DNA from: Ramazzottius varieornatus | Taxonomy: Eukaryota; Animalia; Tardigrada | Assembly (NCBI GenBank): GCA_001949185.1 | Contig: BDGG01000002.1 | Location: 6,872,448-6,936,447, forward strand | Reading direction: 5' to 3' | DNA length: 64,000 bases | Part shown: piece by piece, positions 1-16,779 of the stretch | How the letters are laid out: each line of letters opens with the position of its first letter | How positions within the stretch are numbered: the first letter of the stretch is position 1 | Notes under the pieces: generated by a model | What the model saw: the letters and a program-made list of their open reading frames with translations, nothing else | Database searches by the model: none | What the model was told of the DNA's origin: nothing | Position numbers and translations under genes: made by a program

Positions 1-267
1 GGGGTACTGAAGCAAGGAGGATCGCGAAGGTCTAGCCAAGACATCAGCTCCCCAGCAGGTCGACGTTCTTCCAAACCCAAGGTAACTTTCCAGTTGACTG
101 AACGAGATGTACAGCGGAAGGAAATGATAGCTGCAAAGAGAAGAGAGTTCGAGCAGCAGCAGCAACAGGGCAAGACGTCGGTCGACGTTATTGATACGCC
201 CAGTGTGGCAGGTCCTGGACATGAGGATGTCCAGATCTACGTGGCGCCGAACGGTTCCTCGGAATAA
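1..267 (+). CDS. 3' end of a protein running in from the window edge; carries SILK-like (GVLK) and RVxF-like (KVTF) PP1-docking motifs
   Basis: Frame 1 is open from base 1 to TAA at 265-267: GVLKQGGSRRSSQDISSPAGRRSSKPKVTFQLTERDVQRKEMIAAKRREFEQQQQQG...NGSSE*. An AT-rich 3'UTR-like sequence follows. Confidence 0.55.
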   Translation, partial: GVLKQGGSRRSSQDISSPAGRRSSKPKVTFQLTERDVQRKEMIAAKRREFEQQQQQGKTSVDVIDTPSVAGPGHEDVQIYVAPNGSSE

Positions 268-591
268 GCAAAAACACAAAAGAGATTAAGGTCAAAATTG
301 AGATTAGTCTGTTTATCGGTGATAGTCGTCATTTTCGGCGTCGGCTTTTTTTGGATTAATATGCGTAGAACTCTTTGCTGCGACCATGGTTCAGTCTCTT
401 TTTTACGTGAATCTCTTTCTGGAAGCTGGGTGGATCTCATGACATTTTTTTGCCGTTTTACTGTTGAGTTCTCCTGTCATCGGTAACCGCCCTTTCTGTT
501 TCGAACAAAAATCTCTTCCGTTAAGTTTTATTACTGGTGTTTAATAAAATCAATCAAAATCAAAGGTGGGCTAGTTATCTTTAAAGAAGAT

Positions 592-890
592 ATGTATGAG
601 AAGTGGTTGAGGAGAAAATGGTACAAGGTTTTCGGGTGGAAGTATGGCAAGTTGGGCTTTCCTTCGCCGATTTTCCATGTGGGATCTCCTGGCCGAAACT
701 TCGGACACGCTACGTTTATGGCGATATTAATGACTTCCATATCTTCCCTGTTCTTCGAACCTGCTGATACGGTGAGACATCATTTTCCTCTTCTTTTACA
801 TTGCCCAACATGCTTGTAACCAAAACTTCTTCGCAGGTCGACGAGAAAATGCGGAAGGTGGCGAAAGATGCGTCAAATGTGGAATCATAA
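592..890 (+). CDS. putative 2-exon 77-aa microprotein with a basic/aromatic N-terminus and one weakly hydrophobic segment
   Basis: Exon 592-771, a canonical phase-0 intron 772-836 (GTGAGA...TCGCAG) and exon 837-890 give MYEKWLRRKWYKVFGWKYGK...HATFMAILMTSISSLFFEPADTVDEKMRKVAKDASNVES*. No family recognised. Confidence 0.3.
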
Positions 891-1967
891 ACACTGCTGA
901 TAAGGTTCCTGGCCGTAGTAAATCGAACAAATTGGGTTCGTACACTGCCAAGCCAGAAAGTTATCGGTATGATAGCACGGTACTTTCGGACCTAACTTTC
1001 GTAAGCCTTTCGAGCCAGCTCACTGTTAGTTGCAGGGTGGATGAGACTGGCGGCAGACGGTGGCTTGTCCTCCAGCTGGTTTGCTAGTGTTTACTTCCGT
1101 ATGACGGATTGGTTCGGGCAAAAGTGAAGGTCGTGGTGGACTAAATGTGATCGTGCTGTTTGCTCCAAGGATCCTAGAGTGTCCGCCGGCACCACCAGAC
1201 CTACGGTATGTACACTGACTTTCATAGCGACCTATTTCCTTAGGCAAATTGTTTGAATTACCCTATGGTACGTTATTGAACTTTAGAATAAATTTGCTAG
1301 TTTGAGTGGTCACTTGCCACCATCAGTTGCTCATTAGAGGTCTTTGTGGTCCATCGAGTGGAAACTTTCATGTTTGATAAGTCATTCGAGCACAGGCTGG
1401 TACAAGCTGATACCTCGGCAAAGAATGTCTGGTCATTTCCGCGCCGGGTCCTGACTTTGATTTCGCTACGCATTCCCAATAGCGAAATCCTTTATCCGGG
1501 GAGTGATCATGCAAGCGGCCTTTGTCTATGATTATTGTTGAATAAGAATATTGTCTGCCATGGTTTATCATCGAAAGTCTGTGCCACGCCAATTGTTGAG
1601 ATAAGGTAATCGGCGAAAAGGAGTTCGCGAACTTGAAGACTTTACTCAGCGCTGGTTAGGGCAGCGCAACTCTTTGCAGATTTTAAGTGGTTCTTCTTGG
1701 AAGAACCATCATGCGGGTGGCATCTTTTTACTCTGTACATTCCATATTTCCAGCACCTGGTCAACCCTAGATTTGCTGGTTTTAAAAACTGCAGTGAGTG
1801 TGGAATGCAAATTTTTTACACCCGAAATTCGGATTTACCTCGCCCTGTTTTAGACCGCCCATTTTTGTATGTAACTGTGTCTTTTAGCTGCACGGAAAAA
1901 TACCGCTTGGACCTTGCGACCAACGAAAAGTCGCACAAGGAAGTAGGGGATAAGACCTTGCTCGGGC

Positions 1968-6486
<4,519 letters not shown>

Positions 6487-7164
6487 AATTATTTCTTTCT
6501 GTGCTAAGTATGCCGATTTGCTCGTGAGTCTATTCGGAGTAACCTGCTCAAAAGTGTCAAGGGTGTGTTGCTGCCCGGTTTTTTCAGCTCTTAAAGATTA
6601 TATATCGTGTCTTTTGTTTCCGGTTGCAGTTAGCTTTCTCTTTCGGCTCTCATACGATCCATTATTCTTTGCCATAAATTTCAAGCTTTCGTATATCTCT
6701 GATGAGGAGCTTGAGATACATTGCCGACGATGAAGTCGTCTCGTTTGGCATCCGGCGACCACGCGCATCGAGCGTGCGCTGGGTTACCTAAGAGATTGTA
6801 TAGGTGGGATCGACCTGCTTGGAGCAATCAGAACCGGATTGTGCCTCGAGTGACCGCGTCTGAACTTTACCCGGCGTTCGTGAACAGAAGTGTATCACGA
6901 AACTGATCCATGGTTGCGTGGCCGGTCAATGTTGCAATCGAGGAACTCGTTCTACCAAACTTTGGCTCTACTTCAAAGTGCATTCGGACGAGTTTTCTGT
7001 CTGAACCATAGGCCATCGACTTTTGGGTTTTGATTGAATGATCCATTTCCGGTTTCCGTATTTTCTCACAGGTCCAGCCCTCATTAGCCACATTATCTGG
7101 ATTTAATTCCTCCGCTGATTTTTTCTCCTCTGTCCTCACGAAAGATTCCAGAGGATTACCAAGA

Positions 7165-9515
7165 ATGTGTGGAATCTGGGCATTGTTCGGATCGCCGTCT
7201 GCCGATGTTTTCAAGTATTTAGATGCATGCTTACGGATAAAGCATCGAGGTCCAGATGCATTCAGGATCGAGGGCGATCACCATCTTCCGCACAGCTGCT
7301 TAGCATTCCACCGGCTATGTGTTGTGGATGATTTGCATGGAATGCAACCGTTCCGCTTGCGAAACTTCCCTTTCCTGTATCTGCTTTACAACGGGGAGAT
7401 TTATAACCATCGACTGGTAAGTTTATGGTTTCGCTGGCAATTACAGTATAGTCTAATCGTTTCGTATATAGTATTTTGTCAGTTCGCGCCTGACGTCATG
7501 GTTCTGAATGGTGTACAGTAATATATGTGTGACGTCAAGCGTCAACAGGGCTGGACATGTTTGGCTCGTTGATTTGCAATTTCGCACTACAAAAGCACAG
7601 GAACCTGTCGAGTTCTGCTCGTAGATCCAAGACGAGCACAACTTTGTCTATGAGACCGCTCTTGACGGAGAGTGCATCCTTCATCTGTACAACAAGGGAG
7701 GAATGGAGTACTGCGCACAGCAGCTTGACGGCGAATTTGCCTTTACGCTCATCGATGCCGAAAAGAGGCAAATATATGTGGGAAGGGACACGTTTGGAGT
7801 TCGACCGGCGTTCAGGATGACTATCAAGGATAAAGGAATTCTTGGAATTTGTTCCGAGGCGAAAGGTAAGTTCCTGGTTAGCCTACGAAGTCTGTTAGGG
7901 GCGTCTACTGTAGCAAATGCCCTCACTTCCGGTTGAGTTCGGACTTAGACCTCTGGTATTCAAAAGCCTATTCGGTTGAGAGAAACTTTCCTTTGATGCA
8001 GGTTTGATCGACCTTACGTTGAAAGAAGAGTACGTGGGAGCCAAAATCGAACCGGTACCACCTGGAAAGATCGAAACCTACAGTATCGATGAAGATGGGC
8101 AGGTCCACCTGTTGCATAACAAGGCATTCCTGAAGACCGGCGAAGTGCCGAAATATCGAACACTGGTGACGAAGTTCGGTACCATACCGCACCTTACTGA
8201 ACTTCGTCTTGTGACATATACCATAAGTTGATTGTTTTGTAGAAGATGACCCGCTGAAGAATGTGGAGAACCTTCTTGTGGCCGCCGTGCGGAAACGCTT
8301 AATGGCGCATCGCCGTATTGGGTGTTTCCTGTCTGGCGGATTGGATTCTAGCCTGATCGCAGCCATCCTCGTCCGAGAAGCCAAAGCTGCGGGCATTACC
8401 TATCCCATCCAGACATTTTCGATCGGCATGGAAGACGCGCCTGATGTATTGGCAGCCCGAAAAGTAAATCTATTCACTATAAACCCCTTGGTTTATACGA
8501 GTGAAAGTGCTTCTAGTGCTTCCTTGTAGTGAAAATAAGTCGAGCCGAACTGTATTTACTTGTAGGTAGCAGCACATATCAAGTCCGAGCATCACGAAGT
8601 CATTTTTACGACCGAGGAAGCACTAGAATCTTTGGAACATGTCATCTATCATCTGGAAACTTACGACATCACGACGATCCGAGCTTCAGTTGGTAAGAAG
8701 TTAAATACCTACATCGTCGAAGGGTGTTTTATCATTGTGCTGTTTGTGTTTCGTAGGAATGTTTTTGGTTTCGAAGTATGTGAGAGAAAAGACAGACACT
8801 GTGGTCATGTATTCCGGTGAAGGTGCGGACGAACTTGCTCAAGGCTACATCTACTTCCATAAAGCTCCTAACTCAAAAGATGGACACGAGGAAAGTATGA
8901 GATTGATGAATGACTTGTACCTGTACGACGTCTTGCGTACTGACCGGTGTACCGCTGCTCACGGCCTGGAAGTACGACCACCGTTCCTGGACCACCAGTT
9001 CACATCTTACTATCTTTCGTTGCCTAAAGAAGATCGCATACCGAAGGAGGGTATTGAGAAGTACTTCCTACGAAAAGCGTTTGCCGGCCAGAATCTTATT
9101 CCGGAGGAAATCCTTTGGCGACCGAAGGAGGCTTTCAGTGATGGCATTTCCACGATGAAGAAGTCGTGGTTCCAAGTTTTACAAGAGCACTGCGCTACTT
9201 TGGTCAGTTAATCTTTGATGTTTCAATTCCAGAAAGTATGCTCGGCTTCTTAGCTTGTTTCTCTTGTAGATAAGTGACGCTGATTTCGCTTCACGGGAGA
9301 AATTCTACCCACATTTGACGCCGCCCACCAAAGAAGCTTTCTACTACCGGAAGGTCTTCGAAAAGTACTATCCAGAAAGAGAGCAATGGATACCATACTT
9401 CTGGATGCCCAAGTGGTCTCCCAATGCGACGGACCCTTCTGCACGAACGCTGTCCAACTACAAATTGACAACAACCGAAGAGGGAGCTCACCCAGTACAA
9501 AATGGTAAACTCTAG
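7165..9515 (+). CDS. ASNS: asparagine synthetase (glutamine-hydrolysing), multi-exon
   Basis: N-terminal MCGI (class II GATase nucleophile Cys), [41 protein letters not shown] and RPKEAFSDG. Confidence 0.96.
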
Positions 9516-9662
9516 TTAGCAATGGCGAACTATCATTATTCGCCGGTTATCTACCCAGCCTTCCATTTTCGCGTGCACTGACGTCCATCTCTGAACACAC
9601 CTGTCCAGTTTTAAGGTTGCTCTTCCAGAGTGAAAACCGACTTTGTTCGGTAAAGAAAAGTT

Positions 9663-10578
9663 CTAACGTCCACGTGGAGCCTGCTGATGGTTAGTGAACC
9701 GCTTATATTCCGACTCATCACGAACTGTAATCCAGAAAGTTATTGGTGCCGGTTTGTTGAGTCATGTAGGAATTCTACAGAATGATGAGCTTACGTTTGA
9801 ATACAAGGGAGAGGTCTTTTAGCATCAAGGTCTGAATCAGGATGGCGAACTTCCGTGGGGGCTTCAGAGAGCGTTGAATAATAGACTTACCACACGTCGT
9901 CCGTGGATAGCGCACAGGTTTGCGTCCTCAAACATCGAAATCATAAAATGTTTGGACCCTCCTGCAAATCCATCGCCGAATTCTTATCTGGTGCTTCTAT
10001 GGCCGAGTATTGTGGTTCCCATATTTGTGTGCATGATGGTGATAAAACTACTGTAATAAAATTATTCGTACATGTATAGCATTTAAGGCTTCGGACTGGA
10101 ATCTGTAATCGGTTCCGCCGGTACCTCGTGACCCACTGTCGCGCGTCCTTTCCGCCACTACCTTCTGCGTTACCTCTCTCACTAATCTGTGAGAAGGTAG
10201 CTTCGAGATCAGTAGCTGCACTTGCGACTGGAACCTACGGATCTCTTGCAGAGCAAGAATACCGGGTTTCTGACGAAGTTTCCTCCGACTCTTCTCGAGC
10301 TGACTCTGGCGACGCCCACTGGCCTATGGAATTTACGCACTGGATCACGTCTGCGGTACAGTATACGCAAGAGACTTTTACTCAGAGAACATACGTTCTA
10401 ATTGTCTTACTCGGTTACTCGTACTAGGGTTTCGGTCGTGAGGACTGTTGGGAGTGATCAGAGGAGACGCAGGGCTCCGAGGTCTTCCGGAGGTGCTGGG
10501 CGCTTCTGAGTGGCTTAACGGTGGTTGGAGGCGAACGAAGTCGGTTCTGCGGGGATCCGTTTGCTTGTTGCGTGGCAT
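9663..10578 (-). pseudogene. histone H3 variant, CenH3/CENP-A-like, 5 exons, with one 1-nt frameshift (pseudogene or homopolymer sequence error)
   Basis: Exons 10578-10411, 10323-10072, 9961-9891, 9831-9795 and 9724-9663, all with GT-AG introns. Translation: MPRNKQT...[71 protein letters not shown] / (E)GSKHFMISMFEDANLCAIHGRRV / TLMLKDLSLVFKLRDE, which is an H3 histone fold. Exon 3 is 71 nt, one short of keeping the frame. Confidence 0.85.
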
Positions 10579-10679
10579 ATTACCACTGCTTTAAGCACTG
10601 GTAAAGCATATTCAAATATAAAACAAAAAACTGCTGTACGATGCGCAATACATGTGTCGCCGTCTTTCACCGATCTCCT

Positions 10680-13600
10680 CCCAACGGGATAATGATTTCG
10701 CGGAAGACTAATGATCAGAAGCTTGGAAAGCCGAAGAATTAAGACCGCGTCTCCTCGAAGGATATAATGGTCTGTGACCGATACAATTATACTTCATCTG
10801 CTGGTTGCTACTCAACAGGAGCTCCATGCGTACTACCAGTTCTACAGTTCGATATGCAGGTCTGGAGTGGGAGATTGTTAGAACAACAATCCGCTGTTAG
10901 AAATCTGAAACGAAGTCGAGGAACTGGGGACCTGTAAACCTTATAGACAATTAAGCAGTACAGTTCTGTAGCCGACTCGAACACTGTAATCCCACACTTT
11001 TTCAAAACAATGTTCAGTATCCGAAACGGAAACGCCTGTACGGAAGGTGCACGGACCCGTCGAACGATCTGGGGAATAAGCAACTTAAGAGCTACTTCAT
11101 CGAGCCTGAGTAGACAACATTCACAAATAATGCCGAGGGTTGTCGTGGTCTCTCTTCAGTTTAGAGAAGATCGGGATGATTTCCACAGGCTAATATTTCA
11201 AGTTGTATGGGTCAAACTGTACTTTAAATTGTGGATGTCATTCAGCAAAGCGCTCTCCATGTTCATAAGGTCGCAAATGATGTGTACAAGCGGTGATTTA
11301 ACGCATCGATCGCGATCGTCTCTCTCTATCGGAACGACTCTGAAAGCAATTTCTGATATGTCCAGTTATCCAAACTGAATTTCCAGATCAGACTTACACA
11401 CGTTCTTTTGTCGCTCATAGCAGTGATTAGAGGCAGCTTGATAACTGATCTGGGCAAATATCATACTGTAGTTGCAAACTTGCAGTACCAACTTCCGTGA
11501 TGATGGACTTCCGCCGCGTTGTCTGCTTCGTTTTGGGAAAACCCAGCCGGTCATACAGGGTTGCATTAGCCGGAGGAGTGAAGCGAAGAGAGATAAGTCC
11601 CTTGAGTCAGCCACTCTGCTTACTTGATTAAGCGCTCATAACTGTATGACAGGACACTGGTCAGTAAACTGGAAACAAACTGGGTCCTCATCATGCAAGG
11701 CGCTAATTTTCCTTTATATCAAGAAGACGATGACTGACCGCGCGAAATGAAGCTGGACAGTGGCCACTCTTGGGCAACGAGTTTGCTGAGACAGGGATCG
11801 ACCCACCAGCTTAACGCACAGCGGCTAAGATCACCGTATGCTTGATGGACGAGCCAGCAGGTTGTGAGGTGTTATGGCTAGCCAGACCATTTCTGAATCA
11901 TTTTACACTAACCGGATTTTGGTTCAACCAGTTGGTTGTTTTCTTCGCGATGAAGTCGAATGGATGAGGTCTAATGGAGCATGGAAGAAGTATGATTCTG
12001 ACTTTCGAAGTTTCGATGGACGGTACGAAGATGAGAGTGACCAGATGCCATCATGTTGGTAAGTTGCCCTCATCATTGCTGATATATGATGCTAGTGAAA
12101 TATGTAATTATTGGTGGGCTTAACTGTCCGGTCCCTATCTCCTTGACCATAAACGTGGGCAGCTCGAGAGAATCGATCATGGATTACGCTGTTGTTATTA
12201 CAGAAGTTATGATTAATGAAAGTCCTGCACGGAGGGATGACGAAGGACAGCTTTACGCCACTGCCAGCACTTGTCCACGCATCACTGGTCGGAATGTCCT
12301 GATGGACATGACCAGTGGACTGGACTCATCCTCTTTCCAAATCGTAATAAGGATAAGCTTCCGCTGCTGTTTGGTCCATCACTCTAATGATAATTATCAC
12401 GCTCGCCTTCATCCTAGCAGCATGTTTACGACAATAACCAGTGTGCCATATTCCTCCATCTCTTCTGATTCATAGAACCGTCCTTTCTCATACTACTGTT
12501 TTGATTCATTTCTAGGTGTGATGCTCCTCCGAGGAAACGTAGACTCTCTTACAGCCCCGGCATGACTTCCAGAAACAGCTTGGATGCACCACAGGCAGCA
12601 GAAGCAGCTGGTCAATCTATTCGTGTTTCATACGGTAAGGACAATTGACCACCCGTTGCGCATTCCGAATAGCGCGCAAATTATCCAACCACACAAGCTT
12701 GCTTCGGTAGGTTCGGTACAGTGCAAGTCTGACCAGGGCTCTGCAGTAACCCCAGTTGCGCCCGCAAATGGGATTACTTACTGCCAATAGGAGCCACGAG
12801 ACATCAAGCCTTTCCTCTGCAAAGCTGTGCTCTGATGGTGCATGGTGGTAACTGTTCAGCACAGCCTCCTACAGAATGTACTCTGCAGTAACTCCCACAG
12901 CAGCAATGCAAGTTGATACGATATTCGCGCTTCTTTACGGAGACGAAATCTGACATGGTGGTGTATAAGACAGCATGTTTTCTTAGTGTCTGATGTGAGG
13001 TATCCACTGTCGACATATCTGTCTACTCGGTCGCAAATTAAAAGTTTCCTTGATGGTTGACGAGTTGAGATTATCTCTCTTTACTTTTTCACAGGTCCGC
13101 CATTTGAAACCAGTGAGGAAGTCGTCGAACTCGTCACGGAGACTTGACAGCCAATTCTACGCCTCATTGATGCTCACTGCTCCTCCGCACTCAAACGCCT
13201 CAAAAAGTTCTTCTTCCGTATCTTTCAAGGTAAGCTCAATGATGATAGGGCTTGTCAGAAAACCTAAACTGCCTTTTGCTTTGATGAAGTATCGGTCTTC
13301 TGACACCGCCGAATGAATGACTGTTCCTCCTAGTGCTTCCGGGAAGTTTGTTAAGTTCTTAGTTTTTCGGTTTTGTTGGTCCGAAACTGGAAAGGGCTCC
13401 ACCGGTTTCGAAAGGGTCTGCCGAGGTTTTGAGAACAGATGTTTGAGTTAAGGTTTTTGAACCAGAGCGCATATGGCTTTTTTGAAAACAGGTTGGGCGT
13501 TGTGTATTGTGCTGTCGCTTGACGCTTCGATCACAGGCCGGCCATTATCAAATCTTCGTAAAGCTCCTTTCAATCCAGTTTCCTGCCCGAGAAATGGGCG

Positions 13601-14348
13601 CATTCAGCGGAGGAAATTTGATCTCCATTGAGAAGAATGGCGAAACTGGAACACAGCGTGGTTACGCCGTCCAGATCTGGGCATTATATTCCGGCTTTAC
13701 AGGCGTCTCAGGAATATTATTAGACACCTCAGCAGGTGGCATAACACTTTTGTCCAGGTCCCACAATCGATTTTTCGCCTTGAAGCTGCCTGTTTTCCAG
13801 TTCGAGCTAACACCGTTGCGGTCAGCTTTCTTCCCGGAGGAGATCTCAGCAATCGTGAGAGCGCTCTCATATTTATTCGCATCTGCCCAGTCATAAACAT
13901 ATCCCATAGAGCGGAAACAGTGCGATCGATTTCTTACTGGGATCAGCAGAATCCACCCGAGTCATCTGCTGACTTATTCCTCCCTTTCTGGATCCCCGAA
14001 AATATGCGAAAAATTCAAACCGTTTTTTCTATCACAATAGAAATGTGACTTGGGCAAATGAATTGAACGTGATCGTTGTCTTAAGTGGCGCATGTTTACA
14101 GCTTGTTTGACTGAGATTGTGGGCCACTTGCAGAAACGATCATATTCAAATCATATGGCGACGCTCCAAACCATTCACCTTTCCATAAGAAATTTTGGTC
14201 AAAGGGTTTCTCGAATAGAATGTTGCTTGGTTCGTTAGTACAGAGTACGAGTGTGTTGGTAAAGAAGAGTATTTTCTTTGGAGGTATCGCGTTCATCCTG
14301 ACAGCAGCTTAGCATGTCTGTTTACACAACAGAAATCGGCTTGACCAT
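10680..14348 (-). pseudogene. heavily degenerate condensin I subunit CAP-G (NCAPG/Cnd3)-like relic
   Basis: Colinear minus-strand fragments with many stops: LYQHTRTLY*RTKQHSIRETL (N-terminal), IIELTLKDTEEELFEAF...NWLSSLRDEFDDFL, TLGIICECCLLRLDEVALKLLIPQIV...VQAFPFRILNIVLKKCGITVFE and RTGSTHG. These resemble remembered NCAPG segments in the same order. Manual comparison only; boundaries are approximate. Confidence 0.45.
14071..14141. repeat. hairpin element, family 1 copy
   Basis: GATCGTTGTCTTAAGTGGCGCA...TGGGCCACTTGCAGAAACGATC, 71 bp. Confidence 0.75.
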
Positions 14349-16677
14349 GGGTGAGTGTGAGCTACCATTGCGATGGCAGCTGAAACCTTGCCCATCTGTC
14401 AGGACCAGGAATCTGTCGGATAGAATGGCCATAACTTTATACTTGCGCTATTCATTTAGCATAATAATCAGTTGGCGGCATTATGGCATCTAGTCAGCAG
14501 TGGCTAAAGCAAGCTAAGGTTTGAACAAGGGCGCGGATGGAAAGCTGTAAACCACACGAGGCTAGCTCAGCTACTGGTCACTCTAGCTTGTTACAGTAAG
14601 TCTCGTCAACGGTCAAGGCGTCGTAGAATAATACATACAAAAATGAAAAATGTGTCTGGCTTCAATGGAGGGCTCCCATCTGGCGGGGCGAAAATATTCG
14701 CTGTTGTGTTGAGAAGTGTCAAATGCAAAGTTCCGTAAGCTCTAACGATGATCTGTCGCTAGAAGGCTCCGTGGTGCATATAACGACTGTCCAGCCTTAT
14801 GTGATGATTTAAAATCTTGGAAAATGTGCATTCATATGCTGATAGCCGGCCATTAGATATCTGCTTTGAAAGCTGACCTTGGCCGGCTGCATAATATTCC
14901 TAACGCCAGGCGGAAACGTGTCTATGTGTCATCAGTGGATAATTAATCTTCCGCTTTACTTTTGTGAGTTTTATATGGTCGGCAACTGTGCAACCAACCA
15001 GCACCCGCAAGTCCATCGCTTCGGCATCCTGCTGGTCAGCTCTCCATCCTCATCACCGTTCTCTGAACCACAACCGATCAGCGTCAATCATTTCTCGGCC
15101 CAAGGTAATCGGCGGGGTCAGCCTTAATAGTCGAATAAATCATGTTTGTCCTCCTGGACATTCTTCAAACTTTGCTTGAAGAACGACGGGAGTGCCGACA
15201 ACCTTGACAGACGTTTGCATTTCCTCGCAAGCCGTCGGAGAATTTCATCGTGAAACAATATCGAGAATTACTATACTGAATAGTTGGGATTTTTGAGTAT
15301 TGTTTTGAATATATTTTAACGGAAACACGTTATTCTGATTGGGATTTCTGTGTGATGCTTTCAGGATAAACTTGTGGTTAATGTCGCGGTTGGGGCTGGT
15401 TCGAAAGGTCTTGCAGACTCGAGTGAGACGTCGATTAGTTCTGCCTAATCAAACATCCATTCTCCTGACAAAGGGATTAAAGAGGCAAATTTGTCCAAGA
15501 TGGACAATAAGGGGCAAATTACTCTGTCCAACGAAGCGAGGGTGCATCAGGTAAAGAGGTCTCTCCCGGTAGCGTGTAGTGGCCCTTGTCCGGTTATGGC
15601 ATTGACAAAGTTGGCATTGATGTGATGAGTTTATTCAAGTTATCCTCCATATCTTCTTCGTCAGCTGAATATGGATTCTGGCGACAGTGTCAAAAGCCTT
15701 GGGGCTTGTGTGCGTGACTAAATAGTTCGTTTTGATGAAGTGGTCACCTTCCCTACAAAGTGGTCGTCGTTTTCTCAGCACTTGGCCAGACCATTCTCTC
15801 TACGGAATTCCACTTGAAAAAATCTGCTCGATGGTACCAATTCTTTGCTTTGAATACACTGCAATCGTGATAGCAAAATATAGAAAGCACTCCATGTGGC
15901 TCGCCCAAGAAGTTCACACAGCGCCACACCCTTTTTCGGCAGGACGACTGCATACTTCTGTAAAGTGGCGCATCGGACCATATCGTCTACTGCTTTTGAT
16001 GCGTCACAGTGGATAGGTATGCAGTCGCTATGCTTCCGTGCAGTGGCGCATCACGCTACTTAATTAGTATACTGGTCGTGGTGCGCCAGTGGTTTTTTTG
16101 TTTTTGTCATCTTGGATTGTTATTAGGGCAGAAAAATTTGATAATTGGGTGTCTGGAGCGAAAATAAGGCTTCCAGTTAGCATGCGGTATTTTGTTGTGC
16201 AGAGCTTTGCGTAACTCTGCCGAAGCATAATGGCGGTTGCTTTTTATGGAATACCGCCTTAGCCTAGTTTCGCCGATCCGTTGAGAGCTTTGGAGTGGTA
16301 TGCGTGACGAAGAGCAGATGGTCGGCATTCTAGTGGTCTTGCTCGGGATATCGACATGGTCTGCTCCACTTGGGCGAGTTTTTTCTACGCTACCATAGCG
16401 TGATGAAATCAAAACAGAAGGTTTTTCGCTTCTGTGGCTTTTCTACTCAAGAAGCTTTCTGTAAACCATGGCTTGACAGGCATCTCGGGTTTCTCATCGA
16501 CTTGATCCCAATAATCCTTTGATGAAATTTAAAGCGCGAAAAGTAGATCAAGCCTGTTAGCCTTATGATTACCTATTTATTTTGGGCCTTCGTTCGCGAC
16601 CGTTCCTTTTCACCACGATCGTCCTGTAAAACAAACAGTCATCGCGTAATATTTAATGCCGGGAAATGGTTTCCTCC

Positions 16678-16750
16678 AGACCGTTATTTCAAGTGACGCA
16701 CATTCTTATTGTTATTGGTAGAGAACGTGGGCCACTTCGGAGAACGATCT
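16678..16750. repeat. hairpin element, family 1 copy
   Basis: AGACCGTTATTTCAAGTGACGCACATTCT...AGAACGTGGGCCACTTCGGAGAACGATCT. Confidence 0.75.
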
Positions 16751-16779
16751 AGGCGTATTCGTTTTCTGACGTCCCATAT

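Noticed and set aside
7165-9515. Horizontal transfer of asparagine synthetase from bacteria
   Set aside because: The gene is intron-rich and the sequence looks animal-type ([10 protein letters not shown]-terminal WMPKW...DPSARTL).
10800-14348. Relic interpreted as an endogenous viral element
   Set aside because: No polymerase or capsid motifs; splice-like signals and a colinear CAP-G resemblance fit a host pseudogene better.
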